From IMG/VR virus record IMGVR_UViG_3300049491_000057, positions 1 to 35,074 of that record: a stretch of DNA of 35,074 nucleotides; one strand, written 5' to 3'. Position 1 is the first letter of the stretch, and each line of letters begins with the position of its first letter. Of this stretch, positions 25,158 through 34,248 are shown piece by piece. The DNA comes from a virus. Lineage: Duplodnaviria > Caudoviricetes. The notes beneath the pieces were generated by a model that saw nothing but the letters and a program-made list of their open reading frames with translations, did no database searches and was not told where the DNA came from. Position numbers and translations under genes: made by a program.

Positions 25158-28100
25158 TGCCGATTAAGTTCAATGACAATTATAAGGATACAAAAAGCTC
25201 TGGGAGCCCTAGTATCTCTTTTAATGATAACTACATTGATTCAAATACCCCACCTCCTCCGGAAGAAGATGGTCCTCTGACTAAATTCGGAAAGAATGTA
25301 GCTGGTGTAGCTGAAGGAGCAGTGAATTTTGCCTCTGGGGCTTTGGCTGCCCCTGCTATGGGTTTGCGGGCCATAGGTGAGTATGCATTTACCGATGCTG
25401 ATATTGCTACTGCCCTTGATCGTGCTGAGTCTTCTGCTAACGCTATTACTTATGATCCTAAGACTGATGCTGGTAAGGACGCTGGTAATATGTTTGGGGA
25501 TGCCTACCAATGGGCAAGAGAGAAAGCTGGCGCTGGTGCTGCCGCTATTACTCCTGATTCTTGGGAGCCAGTTACAAGAACTCTTGGAGAAGCTGCCTTT
25601 GATCTTGGTGGTATTCCAGTAGGCCTAAAAGGCTATAAAGCTATTCGAAACTTAAGCAAAGATACTCATCGTCCTCTTGGGATACAAGACGGCCCTGCCC
25701 AACCTAATGTTGGTACTTTACCAGATCTAGAGGCCTCAACAGTTAATGTTCAAACTGGTAGATACATGCTGGATACCAAGACTATGCCACAAGGACTAGC
25801 AGGAAAAGAACCTTTCCTTGGTGATCCTGTAGATGTCACTAGACCTGAGCCCGGAGTAAAGACTGAGCCTGCTATTGCCGACCTCCGCGCTGAACCTAAA
25901 TTAGGTGAAACTCGAACGCCCGAAGAGATAGCAGCGGAGGAAGCTGCTCGTGCGGAGGCTAAGTTTGCTAGGGAACAAGATATCCAGTACGATCAAAAGA
26001 ACTTTGACGGGTATACTAAACTCAACAAGAGACGTAAAGCTCCTCCGGAAGCTCCTGATCTAACTCTAGAGACTCCACAGGAAGCTCAAGCTAGGGTATC
26101 TGAACATAAGGAAGCTACTTCTAATATTACTGATTCCTTGGATGTTCTGGAGATGGAAGATCCTTTTGCTGCTAAAGGCAGGATATCTGTCCAGAACCTG
26201 AACGAACTACAGGAAAAACTTGGTAAGTACGGAACCATTACTGGGGAACTACTAGAGCGGGTTCAGGGCGACAAGTATATGAAGGGCCAGATAAACAAGG
26301 TACAAGCCCAAGTAGAAAAAATTAATAACCTCTTGCAGGATAAACTTGTACAGTTGTCCGAAGCTACCTTTGTAAAAGGTGGGGATATTGCTCGTACTAA
26401 AGCTGTTCAGGCCAAGGCAGCTAAATGGACCAAAGAACTTGAGAAGGAAAGAGACACTCTAGATACCCTTGGGAAGGATCTATACAAGCGTATGGACGAG
26501 AAGTATGGTGACTTCACCAAAGTACCTACTGCTCCTGTTCGTAATATGAATCGTGGTTATGCTGGTAAACAAAGAGGAGCAATTGATCCTGATGTTTTCT
26601 TAAAAGATTTCCCCGAATGGGCTAAATCTATTCTTAAAGATGCCGCTGGAAAACTAAAAGTATTTTATCATGGTACTTCTAAAGACATCCCTTTTAATGA
26701 CTTTCATAGAAGCACTAAAGGTAATTGGTTTACAGATAAACCAGACGACGCCAGCATGTATGCTAAAGACAATGATTCTAAAGGATTAAAATATAATCAT
26801 GAGACTAGAAAATATGAGGAAAAAAATACATCGGATAGAGTAATTCCTGTTTATCTTAATGTACAAAATCCATATCATTTGTCTGGGATGGAGAAATTAC
26901 TTTACACTAGGGTAGAAAATTATTCTAAATTTCAAAGAGAGCTTATGTCCAAGGCTTCTTCTAAAGGACATGATGGAATAATTTATCCAGATAAATCTGT
27001 TGCTGTTTTAGACCCCTCACAAATTAAATCTGCTCTATCCCCACATAAGGGAATAAAAAGAGGATTTGGCGGAAAACAATCAGGTGCCATAAACCCAGAA
27101 GTATTACGTGATGTATGGGGTCGTATTGTCAAGGGAGTATCTGAGTTTGCTACTGAGCCTAAACGCGGTATAGGACAACCAGATGAGAACTTAGTATCTG
27201 CTATAGGCAGAGGAATTAAGGCAGCTAGGCATACCCCTGATCCTGAAGTATATCGTTCTCCACGTTATCAGGAATTGGTTGAGGAGAAAGTTAAAAAAGA
27301 TCATAGCGATTTTGTAGAGACTCAGAAAGCTGCTATTTCTGAATCTATGAAACCAGATCGTCCAATCTCTAATTCTAATTCTCGTGCCCGTCAACGTGGT
27401 GCTGTAATGAATCCGTGGGAACGTAAAGAGCCCGGAGAAAAGAATACGGTAGCAGGAGTAATTAAAGCCGCTGAGCAGAAGAGTGCCATCAAGGAAGTAA
27501 TGGATAGACTTAAGACTGTAAAGAACTCCCCTAGGTATGATTCCCTAGCTAAATTCCTTATGTCTGATTTTCCTCTATCTGCTGGCTCTCCAGAGGCAGC
27601 TGGTATTATTAAGTCCTTTGCCAACAAGAATGCTACTGCTATGTTTGCTCGGGCTAGACTTACAGATATCCTGAACAAACTTACAAAAGCAGAGAATGAA
27701 CTCCTCTTCGAGGCCCGTCATGCTGACCTTGTTGCAGAGAAGACTGGAAAACCAACTAGTAGGGGTGTTGCTTCCTTACCAGAGAAGCTTAAGGATATAG
27801 CTGAGACTATTCAGAATGATTACATAGATGCTCTCCAAGAAGCTCAAGCTTCTGGAGTAATGGTTGGTGGCTATGAGAACTATACTCCTGCAAAACTAGT
27901 TGCTCTACTCGGAGATAAGACTGTTAGAGACATTGCTGCCTTGACTACCAGAGAAAAGATTGGTGGGGTCTATGGTCCTAAAAGGACTATGGGCGGGCTT
28001 AACCAAAGAAAATATGATACCATAGCAGAGACTGAGGCAGCTGCTCGCCAGCACTTTGGGGATAATGTATCTGTAGTAAAGGATATCAGAGTATTGCCTA

Positions 28101-29962
28101 TAGCTACCTCTGATCTTCGTAGAGTAGCTGCTACTAAATCTATGGTAGAGGCTTTACGTAGGTATGGTAATGAGAATCTGGTAGATGTAGTCTCTGATGA
28201 GGGACATCGCGGGTGGAAGGAAATTAACCACCCAGCTTTTAAGAATGTATGGATACATCCTGACTTCCATCCTCCTATCGAGTCTATACTCACTGCCAAC
28301 AAGTCTTGGAAGATTACCCAAGCTATGATGACTCTCAAAGCTAAGAGCATGGGCCTGCTTATGTTTAACCCGTTCGTTCACGGCTCTGTTATTTATGCTA
28401 AAGCCCTTCCTTACGATCCTTGGAAAGTACTCTCTGGACAAGCTTACATGAAGGGAGGAGCTCTACGTGGAAGTCCCCTCCCAGACTGGATGTATAAACT
28501 CTATGGCATCAAGAAAAGAGCTAATGCTGAGCAAGGATGGGCTAATGAGAAGGATGCTATGGAACATGGTTTCCGTCCCACTAACAGGGCTGCCGGCGGG
28601 GCTAATATGGAAATTACAGATTTGTATAGTTCCCCTGAAATAGGAAATAGCTGGACGGCAAAGTTAGTTGGGAAAGCCGCTGAAACATTTAACAAGGAGA
28701 TAGAAGCAAAACAAGCGGTAGATAAGGCTGGAGAGTTTTGGCATGGTTCTCTTCTGTGGAATCGTATCTCTGATCTTGGAATGTATATCTACGATAAAAG
28801 CTGGAAGGATCTCGTAAAAGAGGGGATGGAGATGGAAGCAGCTAAGATGGAAGCTGCTCACATTGCTAACCGTTATATGGGTACCGTTCCTGTTGAGGCT
28901 ATGTCCCAAGGACTTAGAACCTTCTTGAATTTGTCTTTATTTTCTCGACAGTTTAACGTAACTAACCTTGGAATTTACAAGGATGCTATCGCTGGCCTAC
29001 CTAATGAAATTCGTGGGCAGATAGAGTCTATTGCTAAAGCTACTAGTAAAGATCCTGAGGCACAGGTAAAGATTGGTAACAAGTATCTCAAGCGTAAGCA
29101 ACTCAATGCTATGCTTGTTGACATTGTGGCTACTATTTACAGACAGAACCCAGACTTCTGGACTATAGAAGGACTTAGTAAGGAAGCTGCTGGATATGCT
29201 GATCGTCTAGTGGAGTGGACTGAGAGAACCAAAAAAGATCCTATGGAAGTTTTCTATCCTGAGATAACTCCTATGGCCCGCAATGAACCGGGAAAGAAGG
29301 ATAGGATTTACTTTGATAATGATGAAAATGGAACTGGTATTTATGTCAAGAACCCATTAGGAAAGGTTGGTGAAGACTTAGTAAATGCCTACAGCCATCC
29401 TATTGATTTGATTAACAGCAAACAATCTCAATGGATGAAACTTCTAGGTGGAAATAACTATTCTGGTGGTCTGCTATTTAATAATAGCAAACTCTTTGGT
29501 CCAGATAGCGATACTCTTTCTACTATGGAGAAACTTGGAGTAGGAATGAAGGTAGTTATGGATTCTTTCCTCCCATTTGGAAACGTGGACACTGTGTCTG
29601 AGTTTGTTAAGGGTAACCCAAATAAGATTCATGGTCTTAAGGCAGCTGCTGCTTTAACTCCATTTTCGGTAAGTAAGGGTTATCCCGGTGGACCACATAA
29701 GGGAGTTTTAGCTGCTCAACAAAGAACCGAGGATTTCAGGTTCATGCAAGCTAAGAAAGATATAGACAACCTGATTGATCGTAATGAACTTCAGGCTGCC
29801 TATGATGCAATGGAATCTTATGGGAAGACTCCGGATGAAATTATTACATATCTGGAGCAACGTACTGGATTATCAGTGCCTAATGAGAACCACATCGAAA
29901 AGATGTACTCTAAAGGCGATGCTAAACAGACTCGTGAATATGAGCAAGTAAACAATTACTAG
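25157..29962 (+). CDS. Large ejection/polyvalent protein with internal ADP-ribosyltransferase-like (ART-PolyVal type) domain
   Basis: 1601 aa, last large virion gene. The internal domain has VFYHGT, WFTD-ASMYA, VIPVYLNVQNP, GHDGII and DPSQIKSA. Confidence 0.75.
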   Translation: MPIKFNDNYKDTKSSGSPSISFNDNYIDSNTPPPPEEDGPLTKFGKNVAGVAEGAVNFASGALAAPAMGLRAIGEYAFTDADIATALDRAESSANAITYDPKTDAGKDAGNMFGDAYQWAREKAGAGAAAITPDSWEPVTRTLGEAAFDLGGIPVGLKGYKAIRNLSKDTHRPLGIQDGPAQPNVGTLPDLEASTVNVQTGRYMLDTKTMPQGLAGKEPFLGDPVDVTRPEPGVKTEPAIADLRAEPKLGETRTPEEIAAEEAARAEAKFAREQDIQYDQKNFDGYTKLNKRRKAPPEAPDLTLETPQEAQARVSEHKEATSNITDSLDVLEMEDPFAAKGRISVQNLNELQEKLGKYGTITGELLERVQGDKYMKGQINKVQAQVEKINNLLQDKLVQLSEATFVKGGDIARTKAVQAKAAKWTKELEKERDTLDTLGKDLYKRMDEKYGDFTKVPTAPVRNMNRGYAGKQRGAIDPDVFLKDFPEWAKSILKDAAGKLKVFYHGTSKDIPFNDFHRSTKGNWFTDKPDDASMYAKDNDSKGLKYNHETRKYEEKNTSDRVIPVYLNVQNPYHLSGMEKLLYTRVENYSKFQRELMSKASSKGHDGIIYPDKSVAVLDPSQIKSALSPHKGIKRGFGGKQSGAINPEVLRDVWGRIVKGVSEFATEPKRGIGQPDENLVSAIGRGIKAARHTPDPEVYRSPRYQELVEEKVKKDHSDFVETQKAAISESMKPDRPISNSNSRARQRGAVMNPWERKEPGEKNTVAGVIKAAEQKSAIKEVMDRLKTVKNSPRYDSLAKFLMSDFPLSAGSPEAAGIIKSFANKNATAMFARARLTDILNKLTKAENELLFEARHADLVAEKTGKPTSRGVASLPEKLKDIAETIQNDYIDALQEAQASGVMVGGYENYTPAKLVALLGDKTVRDIAALTTREKIGGVYGPKRTMGGLNQRKYDTIAETEAAARQHFGDNVSVVKDIRVLPIATSDLRRVAATKSMVEALRRYGNENLVDVVSDEGHRGWKEINHPAFKNVWIHPDFHPPIESILTANKSWKITQAMMTLKAKSMGLLMFNPFVHGSVIYAKALPYDPWKVLSGQAYMKGGALRGSPLPDWMYKLYGIKKRANAEQGWANEKDAMEHGFRPTNRAAGGANMEITDLYSSPEIGNSWTAKLVGKAAETFNKEIEAKQAVDKAGEFWHGSLLWNRISDLGMYIYDKSWKDLVKEGMEMEAAKMEAAHIANRYMGTVPVEAMSQGLRTFLNLSLFSRQFNVTNLGIYKDAIAGLPNEIRGQIESIAKATSKDPEAQVKIGNKYLKRKQLNAMLVDIVATIYRQNPDFWTIEGLSKEAAGYADRLVEWTERTKKDPMEVFYPEITPMARNEPGKKDRIYFDNDENGTGIYVKNPLGKVGEDLVNAYSHPIDLINSKQSQWMKLLGGNNYSGGLLFNNSKLFGPDSDTLSTMEKLGVGMKVVMDSFLPFGNVDTVSEFVKGNPNKIHGLKAAAALTPFSVSKGYPGGPHKGVLAAQQRTEDFRFMQAKKDIDNLIDRNELQAAYDAMESYGKTPDEIITYLEQRTGLSVPNENHIEKMYSKGDAKQTREYEQVNNY

Positions 29963-29971
29963 GAGAATAAG

Positions 29972-30253
29972 ATGGCTGACGGCGAAACAAAAGCAGGCGG
30001 GCATTGGGTTATACGTAAAGAAATCTCTGTTGGAGATATTATAGCCTTTGTCGTAGCTGCCGGGGCAGTAATTACAGCTTATTTTACTCTCGACAAAAGA
30101 CTGACGGTAGTCGAGGTAGCCCAGATTAAACAGGCTAACCTCGATGTTGCGCAAGACACTGAAAGACAAACCCTGAAGCAGGACCTACAAGCTGCTCTAA
30201 ATAAGATGGATGCTAAATTGGATTGGTTAATCCAACGTGGTGATCGTAGGTAA
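29972..30253 (+). CDS. Single-TM coiled-coil protein, holin-like (putative)
   Basis: AGGAG SD; one hydrophobic segment (IIAFVVAAGAVITAYF) followed by a heptad helix. Confidence 0.5.
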   Translation: MADGETKAGGHWVIRKEISVGDIIAFVVAAGAVITAYFTLDKRLTVVEVAQIKQANLDVAQDTERQTLKQDLQAALNKMDAKLDWLIQRGDRR

Positions 30254-30264
30254 GAAAAGCCCCG

Positions 30265-30699
30265 TTAGCGATCTTCATTCATCTCACAAAACTTAGATAA
30301 GTCATTGATTCTATTAAACCACCCATTCTTGAACCTCTTAAGCTCGGGTTTATCGGCAATCAGCTTCAAGTAAAAGATCCTCCGCTGCTCCAGCAAAGCC
30401 CTTAGATCGCCCTGTGCTGCGTCCAGCATCTTCTTGACTACTGAGGGCCTATGTTGTACGAAAGCGTCTAAAACAGCCGCAGAATAGGGCCACGGCAGGC
30501 TTTCCAGCTGGTTTGCTGTCCAATACACCAGCTTATAGATTTCCCTAGCCTGTTCCTTGGTTAGGGCCTTAATATCCAGCTTTGGGAACTCCCTTTTAGA
30601 GATACCAAAGTTAGTCTCCCCTCCGGGGTCCTTAGGATCATTTACATAACCCCCTTCCTTGCTTAGGATAAAGTCTACAGCCTTGTCAGCATTACTCAT
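30265..30699 (-). CDS. Glycoside hydrolase family 108 lysozyme (endolysin)
   Basis: EGGYVNDPKDPGGETNFGIS signature and C-terminal RFKNGWFNRI; start likely ATG 30699. Confidence 0.9.
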   Translation of the reverse strand: MSNADKAVDFILSKEGGYVNDPKDPGGETNFGISKREFPKLDIKALTKEQAREIYKLVYWTANQLESLPWPYSAAVLDAFVQHRPSVVKKMLDAAQGDLRALLEQRRIFYLKLIADKPELKRFKNGWFNRINDLSKFCEMNEDR

Positions 30700-30907
30700 T
30701 CTTTTCCTTCTCGTCAAGACGCCTATTTATTTCCCTATTAATATACCATTGGGCCTTCTGTAGATCTTCTACTCCTCCCTTGTAATCTGCTCGCCAAATA
30801 TACTTAATTGCATTACCACAGCAAAAGTTCATATGCTCGATAATATCAATACACTCTACACCTGAGGGATGCTGATTATAATGGGCGGGGTGGTCCACTT
30901 TTTCCAT
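30692..30907 (-). CDS. DUF3310 (SaV-like) protein
   Basis: VDHPAHY, ECIDII, GNAIKYIWRA and EDLQKAQWY motifs. Confidence 0.9.
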   Translation of the reverse strand: MEKVDHPAHYNQHPSGVECIDIIEHMNFCCGNAIKYIWRADYKGGVEDLQKAQWYINREINRRLDEKEKNE

Positions 30908-30930
30908 TTATTCTCCTACGCTATTTATTA

Positions 30931-31010
30931 GTGGCTCTGGGGGATTTGAACCCCCACAGGCGGTCCGGACGAACCGGTGCCGCTGCTCTACCGGGTTGAG
31001 CTATCGGCCA
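30931..31010 (-). ncRNA. tRNA-like RNA with non-canonical acceptor and anticodon arms
   Basis: TA-GCTC-AACCCGGTA-GAGC D-arm and GGGGG-TTCAAAT-CCCCC T-arm are canonical. The anticodon arm is 24 nt, acceptor pairs 5-7 are mismatched, and no CCA follows the discriminator. Confidence 0.7.
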
Positions 31011-31022
31011 CTGTATTCTTAG

Positions 31023-31736
31023 TTAGTTACAGTCTTGTAGTTCCTTACTTGCCCACTCGTCGAATGTACCATCAAAGGTATAGGCCCCATCAATCTGCCG
31101 AAGGATACGAATCAAACGATCTTCTCCGAGGACACTGATGGATTTCCTAGCAAAGTTCTCCAGCTCATGCTGGGGAATACCATCTGAGATAGCCTCACCA
31201 ATCACCTTTATATCCCACTCAAGATCAGTACAAGTCTGTTGGGAGGGCTTGGCGATGTTCTTATTGCTGGCTGTCTTAAGATTGTAGTGGATACGGGTCT
31301 TAGGTCCTTGGGGTTTTACTTGCTTCTCTGCCCTCTTGGCAACACAACCCTCGAAGTAAATCTGGGACATCTTAGAGACCACATTATTGTCTACCACAAC
31401 ATCCTTATTCTTCAGGGACTCAACTGCATCCCAGCCCTCAAAAACAATAGCCGACATGAAAGCACGCTCACGATCATTCAGTTGATTCCACTCGAAGACC
31501 CACATAGATTCTCTTGGGAGTGGCTTATTATGCTCGGCCAACTCTAGAACTTCAGGAGTTACGGGGCTAATCTTACGGGCAAAACCCCCAACATTAGACT
31601 CGGCACCCTCATTAAAGAACTCAGTAAGCTGGGAACAGTATTCCTTAATAGGCCAAGTTTCCAGAGTATCTACACGATCAGCAAGAGCAAACGAACTAAA
31701 CATCAGCATAACAATACCAATAAATTTATTAAACAT
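31023..31736 (-). CDS. Secreted hypothetical protein (signal peptide)
   Basis: Start likely ATG 31736 (GGAGG SD); MFNKFIGIVMLMFSSFALA-D signal; four Cys in two helical blocks. Confidence 0.7.
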   Translation of the reverse strand: MFNKFIGIVMLMFSSFALADRVDTLETWPIKEYCSQLTEFFNEGAESNVGGFARKISPVTPEVLELAEHNKPLPRESMWVFEWNQLNDRERAFMSAIVFEGWDAVESLKNKDVVVDNNVVSKMSQIYFEGCVAKRAEKQVKPQGPKTRIHYNLKTASNKNIAKPSQQTCTDLEWDIKVIGEAISDGIPQHELENFARKSISVLGEDRLIRILRQIDGAYTFDGTFDEWASKELQDCN

Positions 31737-33624
31737 AGCACGCACCTCCTATGCAAGCCAACTCTTGGCTCGCGGTTGTATGGTCAGACTTCTCTTCAAA
31801 TTTACTCCAATCTAGTTCTTTCGGATTAGCACCTACTAATTGCTCATATTCTTCTTTGGTACATTCTGTAAATGGGGCCTGCACGTAGGTGTGGTCGCTA
31901 TATGGTAGAAACGATACCCCGGACATTTCATCGAAGTATTTGTACACCCAAGAGCCAACTTCCAACCATTCGTCGCTCCGCACGTACACCGTAATGCTTG
32001 GCTTGTGTTCGCACCAGTGTCTTTGGTAGATAAGCCAGTGTTCAAGTTGCTCGATTGCAGATATTCCGGTCCTCTGGACAGATCCTGCAGGAGACTGTAC
32101 AGGGAAGTAGAATACAGTGGTTTGGTCTTCTTTACCGAAGGCTGGTTCCCATTTAACCCCATTCTCTTTAAGAAACACAGTAAGTGGATCTTTATTATCT
32201 TGCCTAATGGCCCGAATATAGTATTCACTATAGCGAGGATGAATGCCACTAGCAGTACCCACCAACTCACTAACTGTACCTGAGGGTTTAACACAAGTGA
32301 TAGCAGCAGAAGCAGTAATACCAAGTCGTTCAGCCCACTCCTCATTTGTCTTCCTAGCTTCATCTCTTAGAGCAAGTAATTGCAATTCAAGATTAGAGCA
32401 AAGGCCGCCACACCCACTAAGAACAGGATGATCCATAATCCCAGTGAGGGATACCCCGAGGAGACGTTCTTCTTCACAGTTCTTTTTCCATTCTTCGCTT
32501 AGAAAGTTGAAATCCGTTAAGGTTGATTGGATTGTTCCGATGATGCTTGCAATTCTGACCTTGTTTCGTAGGGACTCAAAGGTATCACTAGGTCTAACAA
32601 CAACTTCAGAGAGGTTACAAAATTGCTTATCTCTAAGGATGATTTCGGAGCAAGGATTACATCCGTAAGACTTAGTTGAATCTCTTCGTCCCCATTTAGT
32701 TGCTTGTTGTGCAGCAGCGAGTCTATTAAAAATTCCCCGCTCACCTGATTTTGATTTGACCAAACTGATCCATTCTTCCATGAAAGCTTCAACATCTGGT
32801 TTCTCCGTATAGACTACACTGTTATTCGCCAGCGCCCGTTGTGGGTTCTCTTCCCACCAAGCTCCTGTCTTTGCTTCACGCATACGACGATCAGTGAGAT
32901 TGCTAAGGCTAATAAGAGCAGATCTCCTAACGCCTCCGACAACAACTACTTCCCCAGTCATGCATAGTATGTCATGAACCTCTAGGGACGTAAGTTTCCG
33001 TCCTGCTGCCGATTTAAATGTCTCAACCACATAGTTGAACAACCGGCGCAATGGATCAGGACCACTGGCTCTCCCTCCGAAAGTTCGTAGTCTTGCCCCT
33101 GCTGGACGAACACCCGAGTAATCAATGCGGGGGATATCTCCGTCCCACAATGAGGACAGAAGCTTTTTGTACGCTTTGGCCCAACCGAGCTTGCTATCTC
33201 CGACAACGATCGTGTCTTCGACTTCTTTAAGCTCTTCGGGGATGCTAGGGAGCCTTCCGATTTCTTGTCTTTCACAACTGAACCCCACTCCAGTGCCGTT
33301 CATGAGGATATACAATGCCTCACTAAAGGCCCGTTTATTGTTAATTGCCAAATAAGCGCAGTTGTATGCGCAAATATTGTCTCGTTCTACTGCCTCTCCT
33401 GCGGTCATAAGCAACCGCATAGAGGGGACCACATCCAGATTATAGATGTGATTCCCAATAGTTTCTATTTCCTTCTCAGGTAACTTGAGTCCAAACTTTT
33501 CGCTTTGTTTTTGGAGAAAGCCCATGTACCTTTTGACTGTCTCCACCCAATCCTCCCGCCTGTTCTGGTCCTCCAGAAACCTCGCGTAGCGGCTCTTGAA
33601 GATCACTTGCTGGTAGCTGTTCAT
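31729..33624 (-). CDS. nrdJ: Class II (adenosylcobalamin-dependent) ribonucleotide reductase, monomeric RTPR-like
   Basis: PSMR, YNCAY, GTGVGFS, GGVRRSALISL, NPCSEI, CNLSEV, TCVKPSGT, EHKPSIT and C-terminal CIGGAC motifs. Confidence 0.92.
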   Translation of the reverse strand: MNSYQQVIFKSRYARFLEDQNRREDWVETVKRYMGFLQKQSEKFGLKLPEKEIETIGNHIYNLDVVPSMRLLMTAGEAVERDNICAYNCAYLAINNKRAFSEALYILMNGTGVGFSCERQEIGRLPSIPEELKEVEDTIVVGDSKLGWAKAYKKLLSSLWDGDIPRIDYSGVRPAGARLRTFGGRASGPDPLRRLFNYVVETFKSAAGRKLTSLEVHDILCMTGEVVVVGGVRRSALISLSNLTDRRMREAKTGAWWEENPQRALANNSVVYTEKPDVEAFMEEWISLVKSKSGERGIFNRLAAAQQATKWGRRDSTKSYGCNPCSEIILRDKQFCNLSEVVVRPSDTFESLRNKVRIASIIGTIQSTLTDFNFLSEEWKKNCEEERLLGVSLTGIMDHPVLSGCGGLCSNLELQLLALRDEARKTNEEWAERLGITASAAITCVKPSGTVSELVGTASGIHPRYSEYYIRAIRQDNKDPLTVFLKENGVKWEPAFGKEDQTTVFYFPVQSPAGSVQRTGISAIEQLEHWLIYQRHWCEHKPSITVYVRSDEWLEVGSWVYKYFDEMSGVSFLPYSDHTYVQAPFTECTKEEYEQLVGANPKELDWSKFEEKSDHTTASQELACIGGACYV

Positions 33625-34069
33625 TCTTCTTCTTTTTTCCTTTCTTTACTTTGTCCCAACCATACGAAATAATTTTACCACCAGTAAAAGCGTCCAGTTT
33701 CTTGGCTAGTTCTACTGCCTCCTTTGCTGTTGCCCCGCTATACATTGCTGCAAGAGCAATAGCAGAGCCAGAACCTAAAGATGCATACTTATCAATAACA
33801 GGAACAGGAATCATGGAAGAGTACCACTCCTCGATCTCACCAGTATCCCACCAAACCAGAGCAGCAAAGTTCTTGCTGATGCTCATATCCTTAGCCTTGG
33901 CTTCTCCTTCCATTATAGCTTTAAATGCGTAACCCTCGTCGATAGGGCCGGCATAAGCCATAATGTAGTTGTCCCCCTTGAATATCTTTACTGTATAGCT
34001 TACCAATCCTTCAGAAGTAGCTTGGCTGTCTGCTGCTAATTCTTTTCCGTCCCAAGCTATTGTGGTCAC
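33476..34069 (-). CDS. HslV/proteasome-beta-like Ntn hydrolase
   Basis: N-terminal (M)TTIAW-LAADSQ with a Thr nucleophile, plus GSGS and EAVELAKKLD-TGG. The 3' end is uncertain because it overlaps nrdJ by 149 nt. Confidence 0.75.
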   Translation of the reverse strand: MTTIAWDGKELAADSQATSEGLVSYTVKIFKGDNYIMAYAGPIDEGYAFKAIMEGEAKAKDMSISKNFAALVWWDTGEIEEWYSSMIPVPVIDKYASLGSGSAIALAAMYSGATAKEAVELAKKLDAFTGGKIISYGWDKVKKGKKKKNEQLPASDLQEPLREVSGGPEQAGGLGGDSQKVHGLSPKTKRKVWTQVT

Positions 34070-34248
34070 TTGGTAAACTCCTTTATTTGTTCCTCGGCAT
34101 CTTGTACCTCTAAGATCCTCTCCAACTCTTTCTTGGTTTTACCCTTCTGTTGTCGAAATTGAGGATCCTGCCGAAGCAGTTTATGTTGTTTTATTTTACT
34201 GCGCTTGTGTTTAGTGAACAGTTTGGATGAGATTTCTCGATCCGCCAT
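34066..34248 (-). CDS. Small basic hypothetical protein
   Basis: GTGA overlap with the downstream gene; fills the gap in the operon. Confidence 0.6.
   Translation of the reverse strand: MADREISSKLFTKHKRSKIKQHKLLRQDPQFRQQKGKTKKELERILEVQDAEEQIKEFTK

Noticed and set aside
2361-30253. Alternative genetic code (stop-codon reassignment)
   Set aside because: Genes tile densely under the standard code, and TAA, TAG and TGA all occur at sensible gene ends.
30931-31010. Functional tRNA, or YrlA-type Y RNA
   Set aside because: No 7-nt anticodon loop and a broken acceptor stem. The arm order is standard D-anticodon-T rather than the permuted order of YrlA, and no Ro60 gene is seen.
3469-33624. Intein or intron in TerL or NrdJ
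   Set aside because: Both have ordinary lengths with contiguous motifs, and no C...HN splice signature was noticed.
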